Shown: positions 48,672 to 57,067 of the stretch, piece by piece | How positions within the stretch are numbered: the stretch's first letter is position 1 | How the letters are laid out: each line of letters begins with the position of its first letter | NCBI GenBank assembly: GCA_963712275.1 | Contig: CAVQHD010000001.1 | Coordinates: 1,852,169 to 1,916,168, forward strand | Source of the DNA: an uncultured Rhabdochlamydiaceae bacterium | Lineage (GTDB): Bacteria; Chlamydiota; Chlamydiia; Chlamydiales; Rhabdochlamydiaceae | Length of the DNA stretch: 64,000 nucleotides | Reading direction: 5' to 3' | Program-made: the position numbers and the translations under genes | The notes under the pieces: generated by a model | The model's input: the letters and a program-made list of their open reading frames with translations, nothing else | Databases searched by the model: none | What the model was told of the DNA's origin: nothing

Positions 48672-50010
48672 CTCGCCTCACGCCAATGAGCTGCATCCCT
48701 TGGAAGGAGAGCCCCTTCAAATTTTGCTGAGGGAGAACACACTTTTGAAATCCCAAATTATGCGCTTCTTTCAACCGAAGCTCAATGCGAGCAGTCGTGC
48801 GCACCTCTCCTCCGAGCCCGACTTCTCCTATGACGACTGTATCAGGATCGACAGCTCGATTGCAAAATGAGGAAGAAATAGCGAGCAAAAGGGCGAGGTC
48901 AATCCCTGGTTCCACAATCTTGAGCCCCCCCGCCACAGCCACGAACACATCGTTTCGATGGAGCGTGTATCCCATCCGCTTTTCAAGAACAGCCAGAAGA
49001 AGCGAGAGCCGATTTGGGTCAAGACCGGTCGATTTACGAGTCGACGTCGCAAAGGCAGAGGCGGCGACAAGCGCTTGCACTTCGATCAAAAGCGGACGGC
49101 TCCCTTCAATGGTTGGAACAATCACCGATCCAGCAGACTCTTTCATCCGCTCTTCTAAAAAAACTTGGGAAGGATTTTCAACTTCTTTGAGCCCACCGGC
49201 GTGCATTTGAAATAAGACGATATCGTCCGTCGGGCCAAAACGATTTTTAACAGATCGGAGCATCCGATATCCATGCTGCCGATCTCCTTCAAACTCAAGG
49301 ACAACATCGACAATATGCTCCAAAACTCTAGGCCCTGCAATCTCTCCTGCCTTTGTCACATGTCCAATGAGAAAGGTTGAAATCCCCAACTTTTTAGCAA
49401 GATGCATGAACGTCGTTGCAAGCTCTCGCACCTGTGTAACAGATCCTGGAGCGGAAGGGATCTCCGACTTATAGAGAATTTGAATCGAATCAATGATCAA
49501 AATCTGCGGTTTTAGACGTTCAATATGGGTTTGGATCTGTTCAAAATTCGTCTCGTTAAAGAAATAAATCTGCTCAGATGCCATCTTGAGCCTGCGAGCT
49601 CTTAGCGCCGTCTGCTCAACAGATTCTTCGCCGCAGACATATAGAATCCTCAATCCTTGCTTGGCAAGGTTGCCTGCAATATGGAGCATGAGGGTTGACT
49701 TTCCAATGCCAGGCTCTCCTGCCACCAAGGTAAGAGACCCGACAACCACTCCTCCGCCAAGGAGACGGTCGCATTGAGATAGCGCTGTTAGATAGCGAGG
49801 GGTTTCTTGATGCTGCACCTCATCTAGCCGGACCGGATGAGAGGAGGGCAGCTCTTTGATGGAAATATGACGCTCACGAACCTCGATTTCTTGGACAAAG
49901 GTATTCCATTTTTCACAAGCAGAGCAGCTCCCTGTCCATTTTGTTTGCCGGCTGCCGCACTCTTGACAAATCCAGACGATCTTTTTAGATGACCGAGTCG
50001 TTGAACTCAC
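48640..50010 (-). CDS. radA: DNA repair protein RadA/Sms
   Basis: CQECG...CSAC, GEPGIGKST, KNRFG, Lon-like C-terminus. Confidence 0.98.
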   Translation of the reverse strand: MSSTTRSSKKIVWICQECGSRQTKWTGSCSACEKWNTFVQEIEVRERHISIKELPSSHPVRLDEVQHQETPRYLTALSQCDRLLGGGVVVGSLTLVAGEPGIGKSTLMLHIAGNLAKQGLRILYVCGEESVEQTALRARRLKMASEQIYFFNETNFEQIQTHIERLKPQILIIDSIQILYKSEIPSAPGSVTQVRELATTFMHLAKKLGISTFLIGHVTKAGEIAGPRVLEHIVDVVLEFEGDRQHGYRMLRSVKNRFGPTDDIVLFQMHAGGLKEVENPSQVFLEERMKESAGSVIVPTIEGSRPLLIEVQALVAASAFATSTRKSTGLDPNRLSLLLAVLEKRMGYTLHRNDVFVAVAGGLKIVEPGIDLALLLAISSSFCNRAVDPDTVVIGEVGLGGEVRTTARIELRLKEAHNLGFQKCVLPQQNLKGLSFQGMQLIGVRRVEQAIDELLS

Positions 50011-50720
50011 AGAGAAAACTCTCCCTGCTCAAGCTTTTCCAAAGCATTTTTTGCAGCCGCCTGCTCAGCCTCCTTTTTTGAAGAGCCAATTCCTTGCCCC
50101 ACCTCTCGTGTGCCCAGATAGGCTGCAATCACAAACATCTTGCTGTGATCAGGCCCCTCTTCTCGAACCACTTTATAGATCGGGGGCCTCTGGTATTTTT
50201 TCTGGGAGCAATCTTGAAGCTCAGCTTTCCAATTACGCGCAGGATGAGTCAAAATCCTCTGGATCTCTGGTGCAAAATGGTGCCAGAAAAAAGCGTGCGC
50301 TTTTGCAATGCCTCCATCTAAGTAGATGGCGCCAATAAGCGCTTCAAATAGATCCGCCAAGATCGTATCCCGCCCTCGCCCTTCATTCATCTGTTCTCCT
50401 CGCCCCAGCTGAACAAATGAAGCGAGATCGAGCCTTTGTAAGAATTTCGCGCAACTCCCCGCCTCAACAAGATGAGCCCGCAGGCGGGAAAGCTCTCCCT
50501 CTGCTTGCATAGGAAGGTGTTGATAGAGGTAGTCAGAGATTAAGAGACCTAAAACAGAGTCTCCTAAAAATTCGAGCCGTTCATTATGCTCTTCCACCTC
50601 TTCTCGATGTTCATTAAAATAAGACCGATGAATAAACGCTTGCTTAAGTAATTTTTTATTTTGAAATGTATACCCAAGACGAGCCTCGATAACGGAAGAT
50701 TGAGCTATTAAATCCTTCAT
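50007..50720 (-). CDS. rnc: Ribonuclease III
   Basis: NERLEFLGDSVL, ADLFEALIGAIYLDGG, dsRBD GSSKKEAEQAAA; start taken at MKDLIA. Confidence 0.97.
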   Translation of the reverse strand: MKDLIAQSSVIEARLGYTFQNKKLLKQAFIHRSYFNEHREEVEEHNERLEFLGDSVLGLLISDYLYQHLPMQAEGELSRLRAHLVEAGSCAKFLQRLDLASFVQLGRGEQMNEGRGRDTILADLFEALIGAIYLDGGIAKAHAFFWHHFAPEIQRILTHPARNWKAELQDCSQKKYQRPPIYKVVREEGPDHSKMFVIAAYLGTREVGQGIGSSKKEAEQAAAKNALEKLEQGEFSL

Positions 50721-50756
50721 GGGGTATATTATGTGGTTTACACTTAGCGATGTCAA

Positions 50757-51932
50757 ATGATACTCAATCCTCACTTTAAAAAACTCAAGCGGGAATATAT
50801 TTTCCCTATCATTGAGAAAAAACTCGACGAGCTCAAAAAAAATGTCCCTTCCGAAGCCATTATCAATTTAGGCATTGGAGATGTGGCTCTTCCCTTAGCC
50901 CCTTCGATCTCAGAGGCCCTGTGCCAGGCCTCTCAGGAAATGGGAACGGAGGCGGGAATGAAAGGTTACGGCCCAACGGAAGGGTATCTGTTTTTACGTC
51001 AGACCATCAGTCAAGTTTGCTATCCACAAGAAGCGATTGATCCTGATGAAATCTTTATTTCTGAAGGAACAAGCTCTGATGCCACCAATATCCAAGAATT
51101 ATTTAGCTCCCGCTGCCAAATTGGAATTCCCAGTCCAACTTATCCCGCCTATCTCGATACCGCCCTTTTAGCAGGAAGAGGCTCAAAAATCACGCTGCTT
51201 CCCTGCACAGAAAAGAGCCGCTTTGTTCCTGAAGTTCCTAAAAAACATCTCGACCTTATCTATCTATGTACACCCAGTAATCCAACAGGCGTCGCGATGA
51301 ACCGCAGCGAGCTCAAAGGGTGGATCGATTATGCCAGAGAAGAAAAGAGCCTCCTGCTCATCGACAACGCCTATGAAGCCTTTGTTTCATCGGCCGATGT
51401 CCCTCGCTCGATTTATGAAATTGAAGGGGCAAAAGAAGTCGCTATCGAACTGCGCAGCTTCTCCAAATCGGCCGGATTCACAGGAGTGCGATGCGCCTAC
51501 GCTGTGATTCCCAAACAACTTTTGCAAGGTCAAATCCATGCCCTTTGGACCAAGCGGCAGTCGATCAAATCCAATGGCGTTTCCTATATCATTCAACGAG
51601 GGGCAGAGGCAGCCCTTTCATCTCGAGGGCTTCAAGAGACCCAAAAGCAAATTCGCCACTACCTTTCTCAAGGGAAAATACTGAGAGAAGGGCTTCAAAA
51701 ACGAGGATTTGATTGCGTTGGAGGAATCGATGCCCCTTACATTTGGTGGAAAGTTCCCCATGGCCAAACGTCGTGGCAATTTTTTGACACCCTCTTACAG
51801 CAGTGCCATTTAATTTCCATTCCCGGCTCCGGATTTGGGAGCCATGGAGAAGGGTTCGTTCGACTCTCTGCATTCACATCCCAAGCAGAGCTTGCATTGG
51901 AGAGCCTGGAGAAAATGATGTATGCGCTTTAA
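50757..51932 (+). CDS. dapL: LL-diaminopimelate aminotransferase
   Basis: INLGIGDV, GYGPTEGY, PSNPTG, DNAYEAF, SFSKSAGFTGVR, PGSGFG. Confidence 0.95.
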   Translation: MILNPHFKKLKREYIFPIIEKKLDELKKNVPSEAIINLGIGDVALPLAPSISEALCQASQEMGTEAGMKGYGPTEGYLFLRQTISQVCYPQEAIDPDEIFISEGTSSDATNIQELFSSRCQIGIPSPTYPAYLDTALLAGRGSKITLLPCTEKSRFVPEVPKKHLDLIYLCTPSNPTGVAMNRSELKGWIDYAREEKSLLLIDNAYEAFVSSADVPRSIYEIEGAKEVAIELRSFSKSAGFTGVRCAYAVIPKQLLQGQIHALWTKRQSIKSNGVSYIIQRGAEAALSSRGLQETQKQIRHYLSQGKILREGLQKRGFDCVGGIDAPYIWWKVPHGQTSWQFFDTLLQQCHLISIPGSGFGSHGEGFVRLSAFTSQAELALESLEKMMYAL

Positions 51933-52584
51933 AATCGTTGGAGCACACCGAGAGTTCTTCCAAAAAAATGGCTTTATCGAATTTGAATCACTCTTATCTC
52001 ATGACGAAATCTCCCTTTTAACGTCATCTGCAGACAAAATGCTCGAACAAAGACTCTCTGGCAAACTCGACTTCCGCTCATGTGAAGAGATGTTTCGGGT
52101 TGGGCACGACCTCTGGCGCCACGATACCGCCTTCCGCAAGTGCGCCCTGTCTTATCAACAGTTCAACTTAGCAGCAGAACTCTTTAAAAAACCGACTCTT
52201 CACTTAGCCTTTGATCAGCTCCTGAGAACAACAACCCTACCGGGCTTTCCAGGGCGAGTTCCCGCATCCCTTCATCAAGTGAGCTCAATTGCACCCCTTG
52301 CCGGAGCCCTTCTCTTCCACCTCTCCGCAGCCCCGCCTCCCTCGGAGCTCATCCCAAGACGCCCCGAAAATGGGATGTTTTTATCCCCTGATCTAATCAT
52401 CCCCTGGCAGCTTTTTTTTGAGCTCCCCCACCAAAGCTATCTCCTCATTGTTTACGCCCCTCCAGGAGCAAGATATATCCTTCAAAAAAATGACCCCCAC
52501 ACCCACTCTCTCAAAAAACTAGGTTATGCGTTTGGTGATAAGCTCCAAGCAGAGCACCACCCCCTCTTGACTTATTCAAGTTAA
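51922..52584 (+). CDS. Conserved chlamydial protein (CT296/DcrA-like, dioxygenase-like fold)
   Basis: HREFFQKNGFIEFE...GHDLWR...LAFDQL...KKLGYAFGD; near rnc as in Chlamydia. Confidence 0.65.
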   Translation: MRFKIVGAHREFFQKNGFIEFESLLSHDEISLLTSSADKMLEQRLSGKLDFRSCEEMFRVGHDLWRHDTAFRKCALSYQQFNLAAELFKKPTLHLAFDQLLRTTTLPGFPGRVPASLHQVSSIAPLAGALLFHLSAAPPPSELIPRRPENGMFLSPDLIIPWQLFFELPHQSYLLIVYAPPGARYILQKNDPHTHSLKKLGYAFGDKLQAEHHPLLTYSS

Positions 52585-52823
52585 AACTTTTGCTCACTCG
52601 GGCTTATTTCCATTTCTTCACCACGGAGCAAAAGTTTCAACTATTTGTTCTATACTGCGCCCACCCCAAAAGTGTGAATTTCGGCTAGCGCGAAAGCTCC
52701 CTAGGATCGACGATCGCAAATTGGTTAGTATTAATCCAATACAAGCCAATTTGCGATCGTCGATCCTAGGGGCTTTGGCGCAGCCCAAATTCACACTTTT
52801 GGGGTGGGCGCAGTATAGTTTCC
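52581..52823. repeat. Family A palindromic element, collapsed copy, interrupted by another element
   Basis: TTAAAACTTTTGCTCACTCG...CACCACGGAG joined directly to CAAAAGTTTCAACTATTTGTTC-TA[insert]TA-GTTTCCT. Confidence 0.88.
52651..52817. mobile_element. Palindromic MITE-like element (163-bp core) with TA target duplication
   Basis: TA-tactgcgcccaccccaaaagtgtgaattt...aaattcacacttttggggtgggcgcagta-TA; the empty site with one TA is present at 54535-54561. Confidence 0.9.
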
Positions 52824-52901
52824 TGCGCTCTGATTTCAGGATAAAATCGGCTTCCATGAAAATCTCCTAAATGCTACAATTGCATCTATCAGGAGATTAG
52901 C

Positions 52902-54338
52902 ATGAACCTCTTCCTTGGAAGGAAACATGAGCTAAACCGTTTATCACGCTTAAAAAGATTAAAAAAAGCTTCTTTAGTTGTGGTCAAAGGACGGAGAAGA
53001 ATCGGGAAAAGCACCCTGGTGGAAGAGTTTGCCAAAGGCAAGCGATTCCTATCTCTATCTGGACTTCCACTAGCCCCTGGGATCACCGAGCAAAAACAAA
53101 GAGATGAGTTTGGAGATCAACTTTGCGTACAACTCGGCTTACCTCGCGTCAGTTTCTCCACTTGGTCAGATGCATTCAGATTTCTTGCCTCTCAAATTGG
53201 AAATGAAGAAGTTATTGTTTTATTCGATGAAATTTCTTGGATGGGTGGGCTCGATCCAAGTTTTTTGGGCTCTTTAAAAACATGGTGGGACCAAGAGGCA
53301 AGTAAAAAACAAGGCTTGGTTCTTATTCTTTGCGGCTCTATTTCGATATGGATTGAAAAAAACATCTTAAACAATACAGGATTTGTCGGAAGAATTTCAC
53401 TCGTTATTCATCTAAACCCATTATCCATCCAAGAGTCGATTTGTTTTCTAAGAAAGAAAGGGTTTTCTGGATCGACTTATGAAATCTTGAAGATTTTAAC
53501 TGTAACAGGAGGAGTTCCCTGGTATCTCGACCTAATCGATCCAAAAGAGAGCGCAGATCAAAATATTTACGAGCTTTGCTTTGAACCCGCCAGTCAGCTT
53601 ATCAATGAATTCCAAATCATTTTTCACGACCTTTTTGAGCGTAAGGGAGAGTTGTATCGTAAAATTTTGCAGATTTTAGTCGATGGAATGAAAGCACAGT
53701 ATGAAATACGGGATCTTTTAAAACTCGAGGAAGGAGGCACATTAAGCACTTATCTTAAAAATTTAGTCGCTGCTGGATTTATTTCAGAACATTACCAATG
53801 GTCTTTAAAAAAAGGAACTCCTGGAAAACAAAAACTCTATCGGCTCAGCGACTGCTTTCTTCGTTTTCAATTAAAATATGTAGAACCGTATCGAGACCTT
53901 ATTGAACAAGGTTCCTATAAAAAAGCAGCGACAGGCCAGCTTCCAGGTTGGGATTCCATGATGGGCTTCCAACTAGAAAGTCTTCTGCTGACAAATCGAG
54001 AATTTCTCTTCCAAGCCCTGGGGCTGGATCCTTCCACTATTGTTTGCGACAATCCCTTTGTTCAAACTCCAACCACAAGAAGAAAAGGGTGTCAAATCGA
54101 CTATCTGATTCAAACAAAAATGAACAGTTTGATCATCTGCGAATTTAAATTTAGCAAAAATGAACTCAACTCTTCCATCCTCAATCAGCTGAAGGAAAAA
54201 TCTGAAGCACTACTCACCCCTAAAGGATTTGGGAAAGCCCTTGCCCTTTTCCATATCGGTGGAGTCTCTCCAAAAGTCGAAGAGAGTCCCCTCCTTTATC
54301 GAGTTGTCGATCTTAGAGATCTCTTAAGCTCCCTCTAA
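52902..54338 (+). CDS. AAA (archaeal ATPase_2-type) ATPase with wHTH and C-terminal PD-(D/E)xK-like domain
   Basis: FLGRKHEL, GRRRIGKS, LFDEISW, TGGVPWYL, QIDYLI...ICEFKF. Confidence 0.88.
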   Translation: MNLFLGRKHELNRLSRLKRLKKASLVVVKGRRRIGKSTLVEEFAKGKRFLSLSGLPLAPGITEQKQRDEFGDQLCVQLGLPRVSFSTWSDAFRFLASQIGNEEVIVLFDEISWMGGLDPSFLGSLKTWWDQEASKKQGLVLILCGSISIWIEKNILNNTGFVGRISLVIHLNPLSIQESICFLRKKGFSGSTYEILKILTVTGGVPWYLDLIDPKESADQNIYELCFEPASQLINEFQIIFHDLFERKGELYRKILQILVDGMKAQYEIRDLLKLEEGGTLSTYLKNLVAAGFISEHYQWSLKKGTPGKQKLYRLSDCFLRFQLKYVEPYRDLIEQGSYKKAATGQLPGWDSMMGFQLESLLLTNREFLFQALGLDPSTIVCDNPFVQTPTTRRKGCQIDYLIQTKMNSLIICEFKFSKNELNSSILNQLKEKSEALLTPKGFGKALALFHIGGVSPKVEESPLLYRVVDLRDLLSSL

Positions 54339-54350
54339 GGGATAAATCAT

Positions 54351-54553
54351 AGGAAGTTAGAACAAATAGTTAAAACTTTTGCTCACTCGCACTTATTTCC
54401 ATTTCTTCACCACGGAGACACGGAGGAGGATGAGATTGCACAGAGAAAAAAAAATTTCCTCTGTGCAATCTCATCCTCCTCCGTGTCTCCGTGGTGAAGA
54501 AATGGAAATAAGCCTGAGTGAGCAAAAGTTTTAACTATTTGTTCTAGTTTCCT
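54351..54553. repeat. Long palindromic element, family A, copy 5 (about 95-bp arms)
   Basis: AGGAAGTTAGAACAAATAGTTAAAACTTTTGCTCACTC... pairs with ...GAGTGAGCAAAAGTTTTAACTATTTGTTCTAGTTTCCT; contains the hemG stop codon. Confidence 0.94.
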
Positions 54554-55839
54554 GCGCTCTGCTCTAAGAAAGCCTTTGCAACTGAGCGAGCCCTGGCAAT
54601 ACAGTCATTGACCCCAACGCCATAAAGATAGTTTCCAGCAAGAAAAAAGCGAGGGTATTTTATCTTAAGCTCCTGCTCAAGGTGGTGCATCCACTCCTGG
54701 TGCCCCACGCGAAATTGAGGAAATACGGAAGGGGCATGGATGACCATCGAAACTTCAGGCTTACCAATCACCCCCAGCTGCTTAGCAACCGTTTGAAGAG
54801 CGATCGAGCGGGCTTCCCCATCCGAAAGAGCTGGATCCTTAAGCATCACGCTGAGCCGAGTCTCTTCAGGATATCGGTTACATTGAGGAAAGGCGTTTGA
54901 GTCAAATACGACCCCAAGTACAGCACTCTTTTCTTTTGAGGAGACAAGATACCCAAATCCTTTTTTTCTGAGCAGATTTTTCCGGTACCCTAAATTCACA
55001 ACCGTCGTCCCTTGAAAGGGGAGCTGAAGCAGCTGAGGAATAAAAAGTTTTCCAACCACTTGCGCCGGAAGTGCGGAAAAGAGGTAGTTGGCTTGATAAA
55101 GCCCTTTAGATGTCTTAACCTCAAATGCCTCTTCCTTAGGACAAATAGCACTCACCTCTTCCTCTAAGTGAACCCATGCAGAGGTTTTCTCATGCAATCT
55201 TTGCACTACACTCTTCATCCCTCGTTGAAACCCAAATCGGGCAGGACCTCCTCTGGAAAAATTTGGGGATCGCAGAGCTTTGAAAAGCCCTTTGACCACA
55301 GAGCCGTACACCTCTTCCAAATTTTTAAAAAAAGGAAGGCATGACCTAGCGGAGAGCTCTCTCATATCTCCCCCATAGATCCCAGTGACAAGTGGGTCAA
55401 AAAATTGCTGCGCTACCTCTCGATTAAAACGGCGGAGTGCAAACTCCCACACCGATTCGTCCCCCTCTTTCAAAGGAGGCGCTCTCCAGTCTCTATACAA
55501 TCCTTGAATTAAGCCCCAAGATAAAATCGGAATCCGGCGGAGCCGCCCCTCCATCCAAATAAAACGGCGATGCCCTTCCCGAGGAGACTCAATCATTTCA
55601 GGTTCAAGATCAAGCTCTTTGATGAGTGTCAAAAAATAAGGTGAGCGCGATCCTTGAAAAATCCGCGCCCCTTTTTCAAAGAAAAAACCCGTCGACGTAT
55701 CGGTATCAACCCATCCTCCTAGACGGTCACTTTTTTCAATGAGGTGCACCTCAAAACGGTCTGAATGCTTCCCCAAATCATAAGCAAGCGTCAGCCCTGA
55801 AATGCCTCCTCCTAAGATAATAATTCTTGGTTTTGACAT
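54544..55839 (-). CDS. hemG: Protoporphyrinogen/coproporphyrinogen oxidase, HemY-type
   Basis: IILGGGISGL, EKSDRLGG, PLVTGIYGGD, GFGYLV, GVGVNDCI. Confidence 0.92.
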   Translation of the reverse strand: MSKPRIIILGGGISGLTLAYDLGKHSDRFEVHLIEKSDRLGGWVDTDTSTGFFFEKGARIFQGSRSPYFLTLIKELDLEPEMIESPREGHRRFIWMEGRLRRIPILSWGLIQGLYRDWRAPPLKEGDESVWEFALRRFNREVAQQFFDPLVTGIYGGDMRELSARSCLPFFKNLEEVYGSVVKGLFKALRSPNFSRGGPARFGFQRGMKSVVQRLHEKTSAWVHLEEEVSAICPKEEAFEVKTSKGLYQANYLFSALPAQVVGKLFIPQLLQLPFQGTTVVNLGYRKNLLRKKGFGYLVSSKEKSAVLGVVFDSNAFPQCNRYPEETRLSVMLKDPALSDGEARSIALQTVAKQLGVIGKPEVSMVIHAPSVFPQFRVGHQEWMHHLEQELKIKYPRFFLAGNYLYGVGVNDCIARARSVAKAFLEQSAGN

Positions 55840-55847
55840 ACTATGTA

Positions 55848-56184
55848 AACCTGAGTTTTGAGTTCATAGAGGATTATTGCAGATTTCGAGTCAATTTTCT
55901 AAAGATTTCGACGAGTCCATAGGCACCTTCGGCTATTGAACTCGTCGAAATCTTTAGAAAATTGGCTCGAAATCTGCAATAATCCTCTAGGAACCTATCC
56001 CGATAAAATTTTTCGTCGATTTTCGGGTTCTTTTGAGCCGATTTTTGATCCATTTTTAGGGGGCAATATCGACAAAAGTATATGGCCCCCCAAAAATGGA
56101 TCAAAAATCGGCTCAAAAGAACCCGAAAATCGACTGAAACTTTTTATCGGGATAGGTTCATAAACTGAACCCAAAACTCAGGTT
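55848..56184. repeat. Nest of three palindromic elements filling the hemG-hemF intergenic region
   Basis: Outer arms 55848-55866 / 56166-56184; inner hairpins 55867-55989 and 55988-56162, each TA-bounded and sharing one TA. Confidence 0.9.
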
Positions 56185-56190
56185 ATAAGT

Positions 56191-56979
56191 ATGAACCAGC
56201 GTGAAGAAATTGTGCAATTTTTAAAACAGCTCCGCTCCGAGATCATCTCCACTTTTGAACTCTTCGAGCCTTCTAAAAAGTTTGAGCAAACAGATTGGAA
56301 CTACTCTTCTGGAGGCGGTGGAGAGATGAATGTCCTGCGAGGAGACGTCTTTGAAAAAGCAGCCGTCAACTGGTCTGGAGTTTCAGGGCCCCTATTCCCA
56401 ATGGACGATGGGAGCGGCCCTTTCTTCGCAACAGGCGTCAGCCTCATCACGCATATGCACAATCCCCATGCTCCCACTGTTCATATGAATATACGGTACA
56501 TCGAAACTGAAAAAAAAAGCTGGTTCGGAGGAGGATACGACCTTTCTCCGATGGGTTTTCCCTATGATGAAGACACCGCCCATTTTCATACCACCGCCCG
56601 CCTGACGCTCGACCCGTTTAATCCAGAGCTCTATCCCCACTTTTCGGAAGCTGCCCGTCACTACTTTTTCATTCCTCATCGAAAAAAAGAACGGGGTGTT
56701 GGAGGTATTTTTTTTGACCACCTGAACTCCGGCAATTTTAAATACGATCTCGCTCTCTGGAAAAGCATTGCCCAGAGCTTTCTTCCCGCCATTCTTCCCA
56801 TTTACAAACGGCGCACCCAGGCCCCCTTCACCCCCCAAGACAAAGAGCGGCAACTTGAGCTCCGAGCCCACTATGTGGAATTCAACCTCCTCTATGACCG
56901 AGGCACAAAGTTTGGATTCCAATCCGGCGGAAACCCCGACGCTATCCTCTGTTCACTGCCTCCCCTCGTTAAGTGGTAG
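56191..56979 (+). CDS. hemF: Oxygen-dependent coproporphyrinogen III oxidase
   Basis: FEKAAVN, ATGVSL, NPHAPTVHMN, WFGGGYDL, RGVGGIFFD, YVEFNLLYDRGTKFG. Confidence 0.97.
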   Translation: MNQREEIVQFLKQLRSEIISTFELFEPSKKFEQTDWNYSSGGGGEMNVLRGDVFEKAAVNWSGVSGPLFPMDDGSGPFFATGVSLITHMHNPHAPTVHMNIRYIETEKKSWFGGGYDLSPMGFPYDEDTAHFHTTARLTLDPFNPELYPHFSEAARHYFFIPHRKKERGVGGIFFDHLNSGNFKYDLALWKSIAQSFLPAILPIYKRRTQAPFTPQDKERQLELRAHYVEFNLLYDRGTKFGFQSGGNPDAILCSLPPLVKW

Positions 56980-57067
56980 CTAAGTAGTAAATAAAAATTT
57001 ACTGGTGCCAAAATAGCCTCATGTCTTACAATGGCTTTTTCTAAAATCCTTAAAGGAGGTTTTTTTA

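Noticed and set aside
13033..54553. Family A repeats as CRISPR repeats or integron attC sites
   Set aside because: They are dispersed rather than regularly spaced, far too long for CRISPR repeats, lack RYYYAAC/GTTRRRY core ends, and no cas or integrase gene is in the window.
7537..56163. Short ORFs over the palindromes (7537-7788, 13084-13356, 28226-28420, 28346-28543, 45752-46081, 52618-52857, 55874-56116, 55936-56163) that resemble one another
   Set aside because: The similarity comes from the repeated palindromic DNA read on either strand; they have no consistent starts, RBSs or lengths.
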